Positions 1 through 9,657 of a stretch of DNA of 42,018 bases are shown here, piece after piece (positions within the stretch are counted from its first letter, which is position 1; each line of letters opens with the position of its first letter). Below the pieces are notes generated by a model that did no database searches, was not told the origin of the DNA, and saw only the letters and a program-made list of their open reading frames with translations. Position numbers and translations under genes: made by a program. The DNA comes from Candidatus Uhrbacteria bacterium (GTDB lineage: Bacteria; Patescibacteriota; Patescibacteriia; UBA9934; GWF2-40-263): positions 1 through 42,018 of the forward strand of contig JACQXU010000048.1 in NCBI GenBank assembly GCA_016208545.1, written 5' to 3'.

Positions 1-66
1 AGTGAAAAACAAGCCAGTCACAATTTTAATGGGTTATTGAGTACGATTTTGGAATGTGATGTCTAT
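1..66. mobile_element. Window-truncated copy of the end of the element whose MITE-like copy lies at 37602-37782
   Basis: 1-66 is the reverse complement of 37602-37667 with one mismatch (65/66). It ends in the same terminus, GATTTTGGAATGTGATGTCTAT, 11 nt before the dnaE stop. Confidence 0.7.
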
Positions 67-77
67 CATATCATACT

Positions 78-3000
78 TTATGTCACTTTCACATTTTGTC
101 TTCCAACGAGTGATGTAATTTCATCTACTAACGAATCAGAAATCAAAACAGAATAATCAGTTTCAATTTGCCGAACACGGCCGCCTGATTCAACCAACAA
201 ACAAACCGATGTCGAACCCGGAGAGTGTTGCAACAAATTTCTCAATTGAGACACCAGTTCTGGAGTTGGTTTGCCTTGAAGCGCTATCGAAAGCGTTCCG
301 GATTGTAAAGGAGGCTCTTTCACGATTTCATTTGTCGGTTCCACCCATTGATTTTCAGAAAGCATTTTCTCGAGTTTCAAAAGTTGAGAATCGTTATAAA
401 CAATTAAACTATTTGCGAGCAAACTCATTTCTCCGTTTCTGCGAGAAACTTTTGCGCTAACGAGCATGAGCTTATCAACTTGCAAATTTTCCTTTGCTTT
501 TTCATAAACTTCCGGAAATAAAACTAATTCTATCGCGCCTGTTGTGTCTTCGATTCCGACAAATGCCATTTGATCGCCTTTTTTGGTAACTATTTCCTTG
601 ATAGAAGTCACAATGCCTGCACATTTAACAACGCGATTATTTATTTGCTCTTTCATTTTTCCACATTGCACAAGAAATTTTCCAAAAACATTTGCGCTTT
701 GTTCAAATGGATGAGCGCTTAGATAAAGACCAAGCAATTCTTTCTCCCACGAAAGAATTTCATGCATTTCTGCTGATGGTGTTTCGCGCAAAACAATCGC
801 GGAGTCCATTACGGCAGGCGAGAATGAAAATAAACTTTGCTGATTGGAAGATTTTTCTTTTTGAATAGTTTTGTTGTGCATTAAAATTCGATCAACATTT
901 TCAAGGAGCTGACGACGTTCGCCAAAACGATCCAGAGCGCCGGATTTTATCAAAGCCTCAAGCGATTTTTTGTTAAACGCGTGATGTGAAACCCGACCTG
1001 CAAAATCGGACAAATCTTTGAACGGTCCATTCTTTTTTCTCTCCGCAATTATCGCATCAACAACTTCCTCTCCCAAATTTTTGACAACAAGCAAACCAAA
1101 ACGAATTTGAGTGTCGTTCATGAAAGTAAAATCCTTCCGCGATTCATTTATGTCAGGAGGCAAAACAGCAATTCCGAGACGTTTGCATTCATGAACTGCT
1201 TCTGCGATTTTTTCCAAGTCCCCAACTTCGGCAGTCATAAGAGCCGTCATGTATTCGGCTGGAAAATTCGCTTTCATGTACGCTGTTTGATACGCGACCA
1301 TTCCATAACTTGCGGCATGGCTCTTATTAAATCCATATGCGGCGAACGGTTCGATAAGTTTCCAAAGTTGTCGAGCTTTGTCGTCAGAAAGTCCGTGCGC
1401 AACAAATCCCTCAAGCAATTTTATTTTTTGCATTGCCATTTCAGCTGGAATTTTTTTGCCCATTGCTTTGCGCAACTTGTCAGCTTCGAGCCAGGAATAT
1501 CCTGCCAGATGAATGGCTGTGAGCATGACGTCGTCCTGATAAACCAAAAGACCGTACGACTTTTTCAAAATCGGTTCCATGCGAGGATCAAGAAATGAAA
1601 TAAGCGACGCGTCGTGTTTGCGTTTTATATATTCCGGAATTGATTCAATTGGACCAGGACGATAAAGCGCAACCATTGCCATTAAATCTTCCACTCGTTC
1701 AGGTTTCAAATCCGTAAGATATTTTGTCATCCCTTCTCCATTCAACTGAAACACACCCATTGTGTGACCTTTTGCGAGAAGATTAAAAGTTTTTTTATTA
1801 TTGATCGGAATGCGCTCAATATCAATTTCAATTCCTTTCAATTTTTTAACAAGCGCGATCGCGTCTCCCAAAATCGATAAATTTCGGATTCCGAGAAAAT
1901 CTATTTTTACCAAACCTGCTGTTTCAACAGCGTGCATTTCATATTGTGTGATTATTTTTCCTTCGCGAGTGTCAATTTGAAGAGGAGTAAAATTTGTAAG
2001 ATCAGTCGGCGCGATAACTGTTCCAGCGGCGTGAATTGAAACATGACGGCTACAACCTTCAATTTGTTTCGCAAGATCAATAATGCGACGAACGTTTGCG
2101 TCTGTGTCGAATTTCTTTTTGAGATCTGGAGATTCATTAAGCGCACGAGTCAAAGTCATTGGAAAACCTTGCGAACCCATCGGAACTAGTTTTGCAATTT
2201 CATCAACCATTGAATATGAAAATCCGAGCGCGCGTCCAACATCGCGAACAGAACCGCGCGCGAGCATCGTTCCAAACGTACAAATCTGCGCGACTTTTTC
2301 TTGGCCGTATTTTCCACGAACGTAATCCAAAACTTCGTCGCGTCGGTTATCAGCAAAATCCGCATCAATATCCGGCGCTGACGGACGTTCTGGATTCAAA
2401 AAACGTTCAAACGGCAATTCGTAAGTTAAAGGATTGATGGATGAAATTCCAATTCCATAACTCACAAGCGAGCCTGCGGCAGAACCGCGCGTGGTTGTTG
2501 CGATTCCATTCGCGCGCGACCAGTTGATAAAATCAGAAACAATCAAAAAGTAAGGACAGAAACCTTTTTTATCAATAATCTCAAGTTCATACGCAAGACG
2601 TTTTTTCATAACGTCCGTTAGCGCGCCTTCTTTTTCTTCAAGTTGCTTTTCTGCGCGCTGTGTTAAAACTTGTCTGAATGTTTGTCCTTCTGGAATTTCG
2701 TATTTAGGGAAATTCCATTTTCCAAGTTCAAGTTCAAGCTGACAGCGATCAGCAATTCGGCGCGTGTTTTCAATCGCCTCTGGAACATCTGAAAAACGTT
2801 CCTCCATACACTCTTTACTAACCATTGACGCGTCATAATCATACGGATTGATTCTTTCAAAGTGTTCAAGTGTTTTTCCTCCTTTGATACAATTCAAAAT
2901 TTTCCAAGCTTCGGCATCTTGCGGTTTGATATAAAAAGTATTTTTCGTTGCCACAATCGGAACATTCATTTTTTTTCCAAGTTCAATCAGTTGAAAGTTT

Positions 3001-3515
3001 GCGCTTTCTTGTTCTGCAATTTCTGGACGATCAACGAGTTCAAGAAAAAAATTTCGTTCACCAAATATCTCGACGTACTCTGAAATAAGCTGTTTATCAA
3101 TTTCTGATGAAAGCGCAATCAATCCTTTTGAATGCTGACGCAAAACTTCCAAATCAATTCTTGGTTTGTAATAAAAGCCTTCGATAAATCCGATCGAGGA
3201 AAGAATAATCAAATTACGATATCCTTCTTCATTTTGTGCAAGGCAAACAAGACGAGAAGGTTTTGTGTCAATGTGCGCGCGTTTTAAATGACGTCCTTCG
3301 CGCGAAAGATAAAAATCAACCCCGATGATTGGTTTAATTCCGGCTTCTTTTGCTTTTTGATAAAACTCCATTGCGCCGTACATTGCGCCGTTGTCAGTAA
3401 GCGCCACAGAATCCATACCACAATTTTTGACATGAGAAATAATCTCTTTGATTTTCGGAAGAGCCTCGAGAAGAGAATAATGTGAATGGGTATGAAGGTG
3501 GACGAAGGAGGACAT
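78..3515 (-). CDS. dnaE: DNA polymerase III alpha subunit (DnaE)
   Basis: About 1145 aa. N-terminal PHP motif (VHLHTHSHYSLLEA), polymerase core, C-terminal OB region. Start moved to the ATG at 3515, because the 32 upstream codons of the track ORF are read through a 9-bp tandem repeat (FRPFGLFQPFRPF). Confidence 0.96.
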   Translation of the reverse strand: MSSFVHLHTHSHYSLLEALPKIKEIISHVKNCGMDSVALTDNGAMYGAMEFYQKAKEAGIKPIIGVDFYLSREGRHLKRAHIDTKPSRLVCLAQNEEGYRNLIILSSIGFIEGFYYKPRIDLEVLRQHSKGLIALSSEIDKQLISEYVEIFGERNFFLELVDRPEIAEQESANFQLIELGKKMNVPIVATKNTFYIKPQDAEAWKILNCIKGGKTLEHFERINPYDYDASMVSKECMEERFSDVPEAIENTRRIADRCQLELELGKWNFPKYEIPEGQTFRQVLTQRAEKQLEEKEGALTDVMKKRLAYELEIIDKKGFCPYFLIVSDFINWSRANGIATTTRGSAAGSLVSYGIGISSINPLTYELPFERFLNPERPSAPDIDADFADNRRDEVLDYVRGKYGQEKVAQICTFGTMLARGSVRDVGRALGFSYSMVDEIAKLVPMGSQGFPMTLTRALNESPDLKKKFDTDANVRRIIDLAKQIEGCSRHVSIHAAGTVIAPTDLTNFTPLQIDTREGKIITQYEMHAVETAGLVKIDFLGIRNLSILGDAIALVKKLKGIEIDIERIPINNKKTFNLLAKGHTMGVFQLNGEGMTKYLTDLKPERVEDLMAMVALYRPGPIESIPEYIKRKHDASLISFLDPRMEPILKKSYGLLVYQDDVMLTAIHLAGYSWLEADKLRKAMGKKIPAEMAMQKIKLLEGFVAHGLSDDKARQLWKLIEPFAAYGFNKSHAASYGMVAYQTAYMKANFPAEYMTALMTAEVGDLEKIAEAVHECKRLGIAVLPPDINESRKDFTFMNDTQIRFGLLVVKNLGEEVVDAIIAERKKNGPFKDLSDFAGRVSHHAFNKKSLEALIKSGALDRFGERRQLLENVDRILMHNKTIQKEKSSNQQSLFSFSPAVMDSAIVLRETPSAEMHEILSWEKELLGLYLSAHPFEQSANVFGKFLVQCGKMKEQINNRVVKCAGIVTSIKEIVTKKGDQMAFVGIEDTTGAIELVLFPEVYEKAKENLQVDKLMLVSAKVSRRNGEMSLLANSLIVYNDSQLLKLEKMLSENQWVEPTNEIVKEPPLQSGTLSIALQGKPTPELVSQLRNLLQHSPGSTSVCLLVESGGRVRQIETDYSVLISDSLVDEITSLVGRQNVKVT

Positions 3516-3529
3516 AAAAGAACCGAGAG

Positions 3530-3583
3530 GTCTGAAAAGTCGGAAAGGTCTGAAAGGTTGGAAAAGGCCGAAAGGTCGGAAAG
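3530..3583. repeat. Six tandem 9-bp units (GTCTGAAAG / GTCGGAAAG variants)
   Basis: Direct reading: gtctgaaaa gtcggaaag gtctgaaag gttggaaaa ggccgaaag gtcggaaag. The same unit occurs inside pheT at 5835-5861. Confidence 0.9.
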
Positions 3584-3628
3584 GAAGACAGAATGAGGTT
3601 ACCATTTTCAACCTGAGGAATCAAAAAA

Positions 3629-3682
3629 CGCAGGTTTAAGCCCGCGCCTATAACGTAACGCAGGCTAAAGCCTGCGGCTACC
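3629..3682 (-). terminator. Two tandem palindromic hairpin repeats (family R1), likely intrinsic terminators for the 3686-3997 gene
   Basis: cgcaggtttaagcccgcg and cgcaggctaaagcctgcggctacc. On the minus strand the second-transcribed hairpin is followed by TTTTTT. Same family as 28026-28050 and 35829-35853. Confidence 0.6.
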
Positions 3683-3685
3683 AAT

Positions 3686-3997
3686 TTATTTTCTGCTCTT
3701 TTTCGTCTTTTCCAACCGTTTTTCAACCAGATACTCCACTCCTTTTGCCGCAAGCCCCACAACAGTTCCAAGAGATGAAGTTGCGGTCTCAAACTTTGCC
3801 TGAATACCGGAAAGCGCTGATTCAACTTTGTGCATTACTTCCCTTCCTTCATTCATTGTGTCATTTACATTTCGCAACATTGATGCCATCTGCCACAAAA
3901 GCCAAAAAATCGCGGCCGTGAGCCAAAGCGCGCAGAAAGCAAGAACGATGTAAAGTATATCAAGTGGCGAAAACATAGTTTGCTTAACATCTGACAT
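3686..3997 (-). CDS. Small membrane protein (one N-terminal TM helix plus a helical tail)
   Basis: 103-aa ORF with an ATG start. Hydrophobic segment ILYIVLAFCALWLTAAIFWLLW, then an amphipathic region. Lies between pheT and dnaE on the same strand. No family assigned. Confidence 0.6.
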   Translation of the reverse strand: MSDVKQTMFSPLDILYIVLAFCALWLTAAIFWLLWQMASMLRNVNDTMNEGREVMHKVESALSGIQAKFETATSSLGTVVGLAAKGVEYLVEKRLEKTKKSRK

Positions 3998-4011
3998 TTG
4001 TTAAAAAAATA

Positions 4012-6450
4012 TTATGATCTAAGTATAGCATTAAATTCTTCTTTCAGCACACGGCGGATTTTTTCAACTTCATTATCAACTTCTTTTGATTCAAGTGTTC
4101 GTTCATTAGACCGAAATGACAAATGAATCGCGAGAGATTTTTTTCCTTCGTCAACACCTTTGCCTCGATAAACATCAAACAATTCAATTTGTTCAAGAAG
4201 TGTTGAAATTTTTCCTAACTTCTCTTCGATCATTTTGTATTCAATCTTTTCATCAAGAACAAACGCGAGATCACGTTTCACTTCTGGAAATTGTGGAATC
4301 GGTTTGAATGATTTAACCGATGTGTATTTCGAAAAAAAATCTTGCTCACGAATGTCAATCAAAACGCAAGCAGAATCCAAACCAAAATTTTTTACGAACA
4401 TGTCGCTAACTTGCCCAATTTCGCCAACATAATTTTTACCTATAGAAATTCCTGCAAGACGGCCATCGTGATAATGCGCGATGTAGTCAGCCGGATCGCG
4501 TGAACGTTCGAGTGACCAGTCGTTGATTCCTAGTTCTCGCATCAAACGCGCAAGCGCTCCTTTTGAGCGCAAAAATAATTCACGTCCATCTTTTCCATAG
4601 CAAGCCATCACTAGATTCAGTGGTTCGTCTGGGAGATCGCCTTTTTTTGGAATGTAAACTGGAGCGATTTCAAACAAATCTGCTTCTGGAAAACGATGCT
4701 GATTTTGTTCAACTGTTGTAAGCATGCTTGGAACAAGAGAAGGACGCATGAATTCAAATTCACTGCTAAGTGGATTACGCAAAACAATCGCGTCTTCTTT
4801 TTTTATTCCGTATTCAGTGAGCTGTTTTTCGGAAAAAAATGAATATGAATATACTTCTGTAAAACCAGCGCCTTTCAAAATTTCTCTTGTTCGACGCTGA
4901 AACTTTATCGCTTGATCTTCTTGAATTAATTGAATTTCACCAGACGGAAAAATAGAAGGAAAATTTTCATACCCATGCACGCGAGCGATCTCTTCAACAA
5001 AGTCAACAGGAGCTTCAATATCGTGATCGCGCCAATAAGGAACAGTAACAGAGAAAGTCATGGAGTCGTGGAGTCGTGGAGTCGTGGAGTCATTCTGATT
5101 CACAACAAACCCGAGTCGCTCCAAAATCTCAATCATCTTTTTGTCTTCCATTTCAATTCCCATAAGTTTCCTAGCTTTCTGCGTATCAAAAGGAAATACG
5201 CGTGGTTCGTAAGACTTTGCTTGTTCTGTAATGATTAATGAAGCAACACGTCCTCCTGTCAATTCCGTGATGAGTTCGACAGCTCGCGCAATAGCTGGTT
5301 CTATCGATTCTGTTGAAAGACCTTTTTCAAACAATAACTGCGAATCAGAATACAAATTCAAAGCGCGCGCTGTGCGTCGAACAGAAACAGGATCAAACGT
5401 CGCGCTCTCAATCAAAACACGCGTTGTGTTTTCTGTTGTTGCTGTTTCTTCTCCACCCATTACTCCAGCAACTGCGATTGGTTTTTTCACATCTGCAATC
5501 ACGAGCATATCGTGACTAAATTCATAAGTTTTTCCATCAAGCGCTTTCATCTTCTCACCTTTTTTTGCTTTGCGAACAATAATTTTTTCACCATCAAGTT
5601 TGTCAGCGTCAAACGCATGAAGCGGCTGACCGTATTCGTGCAAAACGTAATTTGTGATATCAACAACATTATTTATCGGGCGATGTCCGGCGAGCAGTAA
5701 ACGTTTTTGCAACCACCATGGCGACGGCCCGACTTTAACGTTCTCAATCAAAATTGCAGAATACTTCGGACAAAATTCTGGCTCTTTCACTTCAATCCAA
5801 CCACGGCTAAAGCCGTGGGCTACTTCTTTTCCTCCTTTCAGACTTTTCAGACCTTTCAGACCTTTTCCCGTCACAACCGCTCCTTCCCTCGCCTGCCCGA
5901 TAATACTCATGCAATCAACACGATTACTCGTCACTTCAATATCAAAAATAGTGTCGTCAAGTTCAAGCGCTTTCGCAATTGACGTTCCGGGTTTTGCAGA
6001 AGTAAGTTCTGTTATATCCCAAATCTCATGATATCCATGTGGCAATTTTTCAAAACCGATTTCCTCAACAGCGCAAATCATTCCAAAACTTTCAACTCCG
6101 CGAATTTTTGTTTTTGCAAGTTCAACCAAATCCCCTTCTCCATGCCATTTAACTTTTGCTCCAGGGAGTCCTACAACAACTCGTTGTCCTTCTGATAAAT
6201 TAACCCCGCCGCAAATTATTTCCACTGTTTCTTTTCCAATATCCGTTTCAGCGATTTTTAATTTATCAGCGTTTGGATGCGGTTTCACTTTTTTTACAAA
6301 CCCAACAACCATTTTTTCAAAACGTTCAGAAAGACGATCAATTCGTTCAACAGAATTTCCGACAGCAGTTGTTTCCTTCGCAAATTTTTCCGGCGAAAAA
6401 TCGGTGTCGAGATATTCTTTAATCCAATTGTAGGAAATGAGAATGTTCAT
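4012..6450 (-). CDS. pheT: Phenylalanine--tRNA ligase beta subunit
   Basis: 812 aa. N-terminal tRNA-binding OB domain (HPNADKLKIAETDIG), B3/4 and B5 regions, C-terminal anticodon-binding domain. Starts 3 nt after the pheS stop. Confidence 0.96.
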   Translation of the reverse strand: MNILISYNWIKEYLDTDFSPEKFAKETTAVGNSVERIDRLSERFEKMVVGFVKKVKPHPNADKLKIAETDIGKETVEIICGGVNLSEGQRVVVGLPGAKVKWHGEGDLVELAKTKIRGVESFGMICAVEEIGFEKLPHGYHEIWDITELTSAKPGTSIAKALELDDTIFDIEVTSNRVDCMSIIGQAREGAVVTGKGLKGLKSLKGGKEVAHGFSRGWIEVKEPEFCPKYSAILIENVKVGPSPWWLQKRLLLAGHRPINNVVDITNYVLHEYGQPLHAFDADKLDGEKIIVRKAKKGEKMKALDGKTYEFSHDMLVIADVKKPIAVAGVMGGEETATTENTTRVLIESATFDPVSVRRTARALNLYSDSQLLFEKGLSTESIEPAIARAVELITELTGGRVASLIITEQAKSYEPRVFPFDTQKARKLMGIEMEDKKMIEILERLGFVVNQNDSTTPRLHDSMTFSVTVPYWRDHDIEAPVDFVEEIARVHGYENFPSIFPSGEIQLIQEDQAIKFQRRTREILKGAGFTEVYSYSFFSEKQLTEYGIKKEDAIVLRNPLSSEFEFMRPSLVPSMLTTVEQNQHRFPEADLFEIAPVYIPKKGDLPDEPLNLVMACYGKDGRELFLRSKGALARLMRELGINDWSLERSRDPADYIAHYHDGRLAGISIGKNYVGEIGQVSDMFVKNFGLDSACVLIDIREQDFFSKYTSVKSFKPIPQFPEVKRDLAFVLDEKIEYKMIEEKLGKISTLLEQIELFDVYRGKGVDEGKKSLAIHLSFRSNERTLESKEVDNEVEKIRRVLKEEFNAILRS
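5061..5091. repeat. 8-bp tandem repeat (TGGAGTCG x about 3.9) inside pheT
   Basis: tggagtcg tggagtcg tggagtcg tggagtc. It translates in frame as DSTTPRLHDS within PheT. Confidence 0.9.
5801..5861. repeat. Composite repeat inside pheT: R1-like hairpin plus three 9-bp units
   Basis: ccacggctaaagccgtgggctac (5801-5823), then ctttcagac ttttcagac ctttcagac (5835-5861). It is read in frame as KGLKGLKSLKGGKEVAHGFSRGW. Confidence 0.85.
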
Positions 6451-6453
6451 AAT

Positions 6454-7500
6454 TTAAAACTGCTTCACAAATCTCAAATCATTTTTATACAGCACACGAA
6501 TGTCATCGATTTTAATTCCTTCGCGCATCATGAGAGTTCGTTCAACACCCCAACCAAAAGCGAATCCGGAATATACTTCAGGATCAAGTCCGCCAGCTTT
6601 AATTACATTTGGATGAACCATTCCAGCGCCGCCAAGTTCAAGCCAACCACCTTTGCATAAACGACAATTTCCATTTTCATTTCCACCGCAAACTTCACAT
6701 GTTATATCAACTTCGAAACTCGGTTCTGTAAAACGAAAATGATGCGGGCGCAAGCGCGTGAGTCTGTCTGGTCCAAAAAACGTCTTTGCAAAATAATCCA
6801 GGATTCCTTTTAAGTGAATAACCGAGATATTCTTATCAATCATCAATCCTTCAAACTGATGAAACATAGGAAGATGTTTAATATCAATTTGACGACGATA
6901 TGTTCGATTTATATTTATAATACGAATCGGCGGCTTTGTTGTTTCCATCACGCGAACTTGAGAATTTGATGTATGAGGCGTAAGAACAATTTTACCTTTT
7001 TTCCCTTCTGGTAAATCAACAAAAAAAGTTTCCCAATCATCGCGAGCCGGATGATCTTTTGGCATGTTAAGCGACTCAAAAACATAATAATCCCAATCAA
7101 TTTCTGGGGCGCGCACTGAAGTAAAACCAACGCGCGCGAAAATGTCAGTGATCTCCGAAATCGCTTGAGTTGTTGGATGTAAATGTCCTTCTTCCGAAAA
7201 TTTCCCCGGCTCTGTTACGTCAATCCATTCTTGCACGAGACGAAAACCAGGATGTCTCATATCAAGTTCCGTTTCTTTTTGTCCGTAAGCGGTTTCAAGC
7301 GCGTCTTTTACTTCGTTTGCGAGTTTGCCGATTGCTCTTCGCTCTTCATCCGCAAGAGTTACGACATCTTTGAGAAGAGTTTTAAATTTTCCTTTGCGTC
7401 CCAAAAACTCATTTTTCACCTCCTCAAGCGCAACACGATCTTTAACATCGCGCAAAATTTTTTCAAAATCTTTTTTTAGTTGCTCCAATTTTGCTTTCAT
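6454..7500 (-). CDS. pheS: Phenylalanine--tRNA ligase alpha subunit
   Basis: 348 aa with class II aaRS core motifs (HPARD, FRFTEPSFEVD, GAGMVHPNV, GFAFGWGVERT). Confidence 0.96.
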   Translation of the reverse strand: MKAKLEQLKKDFEKILRDVKDRVALEEVKNEFLGRKGKFKTLLKDVVTLADEERRAIGKLANEVKDALETAYGQKETELDMRHPGFRLVQEWIDVTEPGKFSEEGHLHPTTQAISEITDIFARVGFTSVRAPEIDWDYYVFESLNMPKDHPARDDWETFFVDLPEGKKGKIVLTPHTSNSQVRVMETTKPPIRIININRTYRRQIDIKHLPMFHQFEGLMIDKNISVIHLKGILDYFAKTFFGPDRLTRLRPHHFRFTEPSFEVDITCEVCGGNENGNCRLCKGGWLELGGAGMVHPNVIKAGGLDPEVYSGFAFGWGVERTLMMREGIKIDDIRVLYKNDLRFVKQF

Positions 7501-7511
7501 ATAATTTTTGC

Positions 7512-7592
7512 CATTGCGAAGGAGCGCCAGCTACCGAAGCAATCTCTTTGCTTAGATTGCTTCGTCGTCACTGCGTTCCTCCTAGTAATGAC
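7512..7592. repeat. Palindromic element of about 80 bp (family R2)
   Basis: cattgcgaaggagcg...cgaagcaatctc...agattgcttcg...agtaatgac. Second copy at 18349-18427. Internal inverted repeat CGAAGCAATCT/AGATTGCTTCG. Confidence 0.8.
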
Positions 7593-7597
7593 ACGGA

Positions 7598-8707
7598 CTA
7601 AATGAATGATTTTATCGCTCCTAATATCTCATCTCCAAAATTTACAAAATCTTTATAAGTTACAAGAACGACAAGAACCATAAGTAATAAAAATCCAAAA
7701 TTGTGAACTGCGGTTTCTATTTTTACATTCACATTTTTTCCTCGGAACTTTTCGATGACCAAAAAAAGCAAACGTCCGCCGTCAAGCGCTGGAAATGGAA
7801 GAACATTTATAACAGCAAGGTTGATAGACAACAGCGCAGTAAATTGCAAAAGATGAATGAGCCCAAGCGCCGCGACTTGTCCTGTCAAAACCGCGATCCC
7901 GACTGGTCCTGAAAGATCAACTCCAACTCCTTGTCCCGAAATCAAATTTGCGATTATTCCAATGAACGCCGCTACAATCGCGAACGTCAATTCGCCAGTT
8001 GTGAGAATTCCTTGCCAAATTGACTGAAAGAAAGGATACGACACAAAACCAGTTAATTCAAATCCAAGTCCGATACCGATAATTTCCGTGCCTTCAAGCG
8101 GCTCTGAAGTTAAAACGAATGTTTTGTACGACTCGTCTTTTGATTGTGTTACAAGTTCAATTCCGCTTAAACCTTTTTCTGAAATATGGTCTCTTGCGTC
8201 TTGTGCTAAATCGAATACGCGTCCGTCAATTGAAACTATATTGTCACCTTCGTTTACTCCTGCTTCTTTTGCGGGAGATTTTTCTAAAACAGTCATTATT
8301 GTGAGTTTTGATTCTTCAACACGAGCGGATTTTGGCAAATTTTCATCAACGATGCTTGGCAAACCAACCATAAATCCAATTGACAAAAAAATTGCGGCGA
8401 GCACGAGATTCATTGCAACTCCAGCGATGAGAACCGAAAATCTCTGCCAAATTTTTTTTGAAGCAAAACTGTCTGAATCTTCTTTGTGATCGCCGGATTC
8501 GCCTTTTATTCTCACAAATCCTCCAAGCGGAATCCAGTTGATGGAATAGACTGTGTCGCCTTTTTTTATTCCGAATAATTTTGGTGGAAACCCAAATCCA
8601 AATTCTTCAACTTTCATTCCAGTTTTTTTCGCAACCAAAAAATGCCCGAGCTCGTGAACGAAAACGAGCAAAGATAAGACGATGATAAACAATAAAATGG
8701 TTCCCAT
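7598..8707 (-). CDS. rseP: M50 family site-2 (RIP) metalloprotease, RseP-like
   Basis: HELGHFLVA zinc motif in the first TM helix, PDZ-like middle region, C-terminal NVLPFPALDGG motif. The ATG at 8707 is preferred over the TTG at 8731. Confidence 0.9.
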   Translation of the reverse strand: MGTILLFIIVLSLLVFVHELGHFLVAKKTGMKVEEFGFGFPPKLFGIKKGDTVYSINWIPLGGFVRIKGESGDHKEDSDSFASKKIWQRFSVLIAGVAMNLVLAAIFLSIGFMVGLPSIVDENLPKSARVEESKLTIMTVLEKSPAKEAGVNEGDNIVSIDGRVFDLAQDARDHISEKGLSGIELVTQSKDESYKTFVLTSEPLEGTEIIGIGLGFELTGFVSYPFFQSIWQGILTTGELTFAIVAAFIGIIANLISGQGVGVDLSGPVGIAVLTGQVAALGLIHLLQFTALLSINLAVINVLPFPALDGGRLLFLVIEKFRGKNVNVKIETAVHNFGFLLLMVLVVLVTYKDFVNFGDEILGAIKSFI

Positions 8708-8752
8708 AATGTGGTTAATGGTACAGCGCAACAGACGAGTTTACAAATCAAC

Positions 8753-9655
8753 TTATAGCTCAAGATCGATTGTTTTTATTTCGCGTTCATCGCTCTGCGG
8801 AAGCCTGTGCCAAACAGTCAATTGAAAAGTTGCGTCATCGATCCAATGACTTTTTTCTACGTCTGGCCACCAATAATAATCAGAATCCGAATCGCTACGA
8901 GAAATTTGATCCGTAACAGAAATCAGTTTCTTTTTTTCCAAATCGTATCCTTTGACGATTTCATCTGGACATCCTTCCACACACGGGACCTCAATCATGT
9001 ATTTTGTCGCGCTTAGATTGAACATGAGTTGATCAAGATTAATCACTCCCCACACAAGAGGAATTTCCCCTACTCGCTCGCCTGATTTGAGATCAAACAA
9101 AAAGGCCGGGCCAGAAAATGTATCAATACACATTCCAACGTAATCACATCCGCTTGGTTCAAAAACAACAATCAATTTTGAACTGTTTGGAAACATTCGT
9201 ACTGAACGCAACAAATTTCTTGAGGCAACACCCGTATGGTCAGATTCGCCGAGATAAAGATTGGTCGCTCCGTGCGAACTCACAACAACCAAACGAGTCC
9301 ATTCAGGAATTCCACACCATGCCGTGCTTAAATCATCGCCAATATAACTCTGAGAGACAGCACCTGAACACAAATGCATTACCGTTAATTCTTCCCCAAT
9401 CTCGTTCATCACTGTTTCCTTTTGCAAAACTTTATACTGTTCGCCTTCAAATTCCATTGTTTCCCACAAATCTGATGTCGCTTTGACTGCTTGTTTATTT
9501 ATTTCTTCTTGTGTGTCTGATCCGATCTGCGTTGTCATCATTGGTGATGATTGCCCTGTTACCGCACCAAGAAATCCACCAAGCACAAGCCCAAGCGCAA
9601 GGCCGATAGCAAAAATACCAATCGGCCAAAAAAATTGTGTATTGTTAATATTCAT
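8753..9655 (-). CDS. Hypothetical membrane-anchored or exported protein
   Basis: 300-aa ORF with an N-terminal TM or signal anchor (WPIGIFAIGLALGLVLGGFLGAV). No recognisable catalytic motif. Tightly packed between tyrS and rseP. Confidence 0.6.
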   Translation of the reverse strand: MNINNTQFFWPIGIFAIGLALGLVLGGFLGAVTGQSSPMMTTQIGSDTQEEINKQAVKATSDLWETMEFEGEQYKVLQKETVMNEIGEELTVMHLCSGAVSQSYIGDDLSTAWCGIPEWTRLVVVSSHGATNLYLGESDHTGVASRNLLRSVRMFPNSSKLIVVFEPSGCDYVGMCIDTFSGPAFLFDLKSGERVGEIPLVWGVINLDQLMFNLSATKYMIEVPCVEGCPDEIVKGYDLEKKKLISVTDQISRSDSDSDYYWWPDVEKSHWIDDATFQLTVWHRLPQSDEREIKTIDLEL

Positions 9656-9657
9656 AG

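Noticed and set aside
3394-3825. 143-aa ORF and the 32-codon N-terminal extension of the dnaE track ORF (to 3611)
   Set aside because: Both are read through the 9-bp tandem repeat and the R1 hairpins (peptides such as FPTFRPFPTFQTFPTFQ and VAAGFSLR). The conserved DnaE PHP motif begins right after the ATG at 3515.
7501-7597. T-box or other leader riboswitches upstream of pheS, tyrS and serS
   Set aside because: The upstream spacers are too short (13 nt for tyrS, about 80 nt for serS), or occupied by the R2 repeat for pheS. I saw no T-box consensus sequence.
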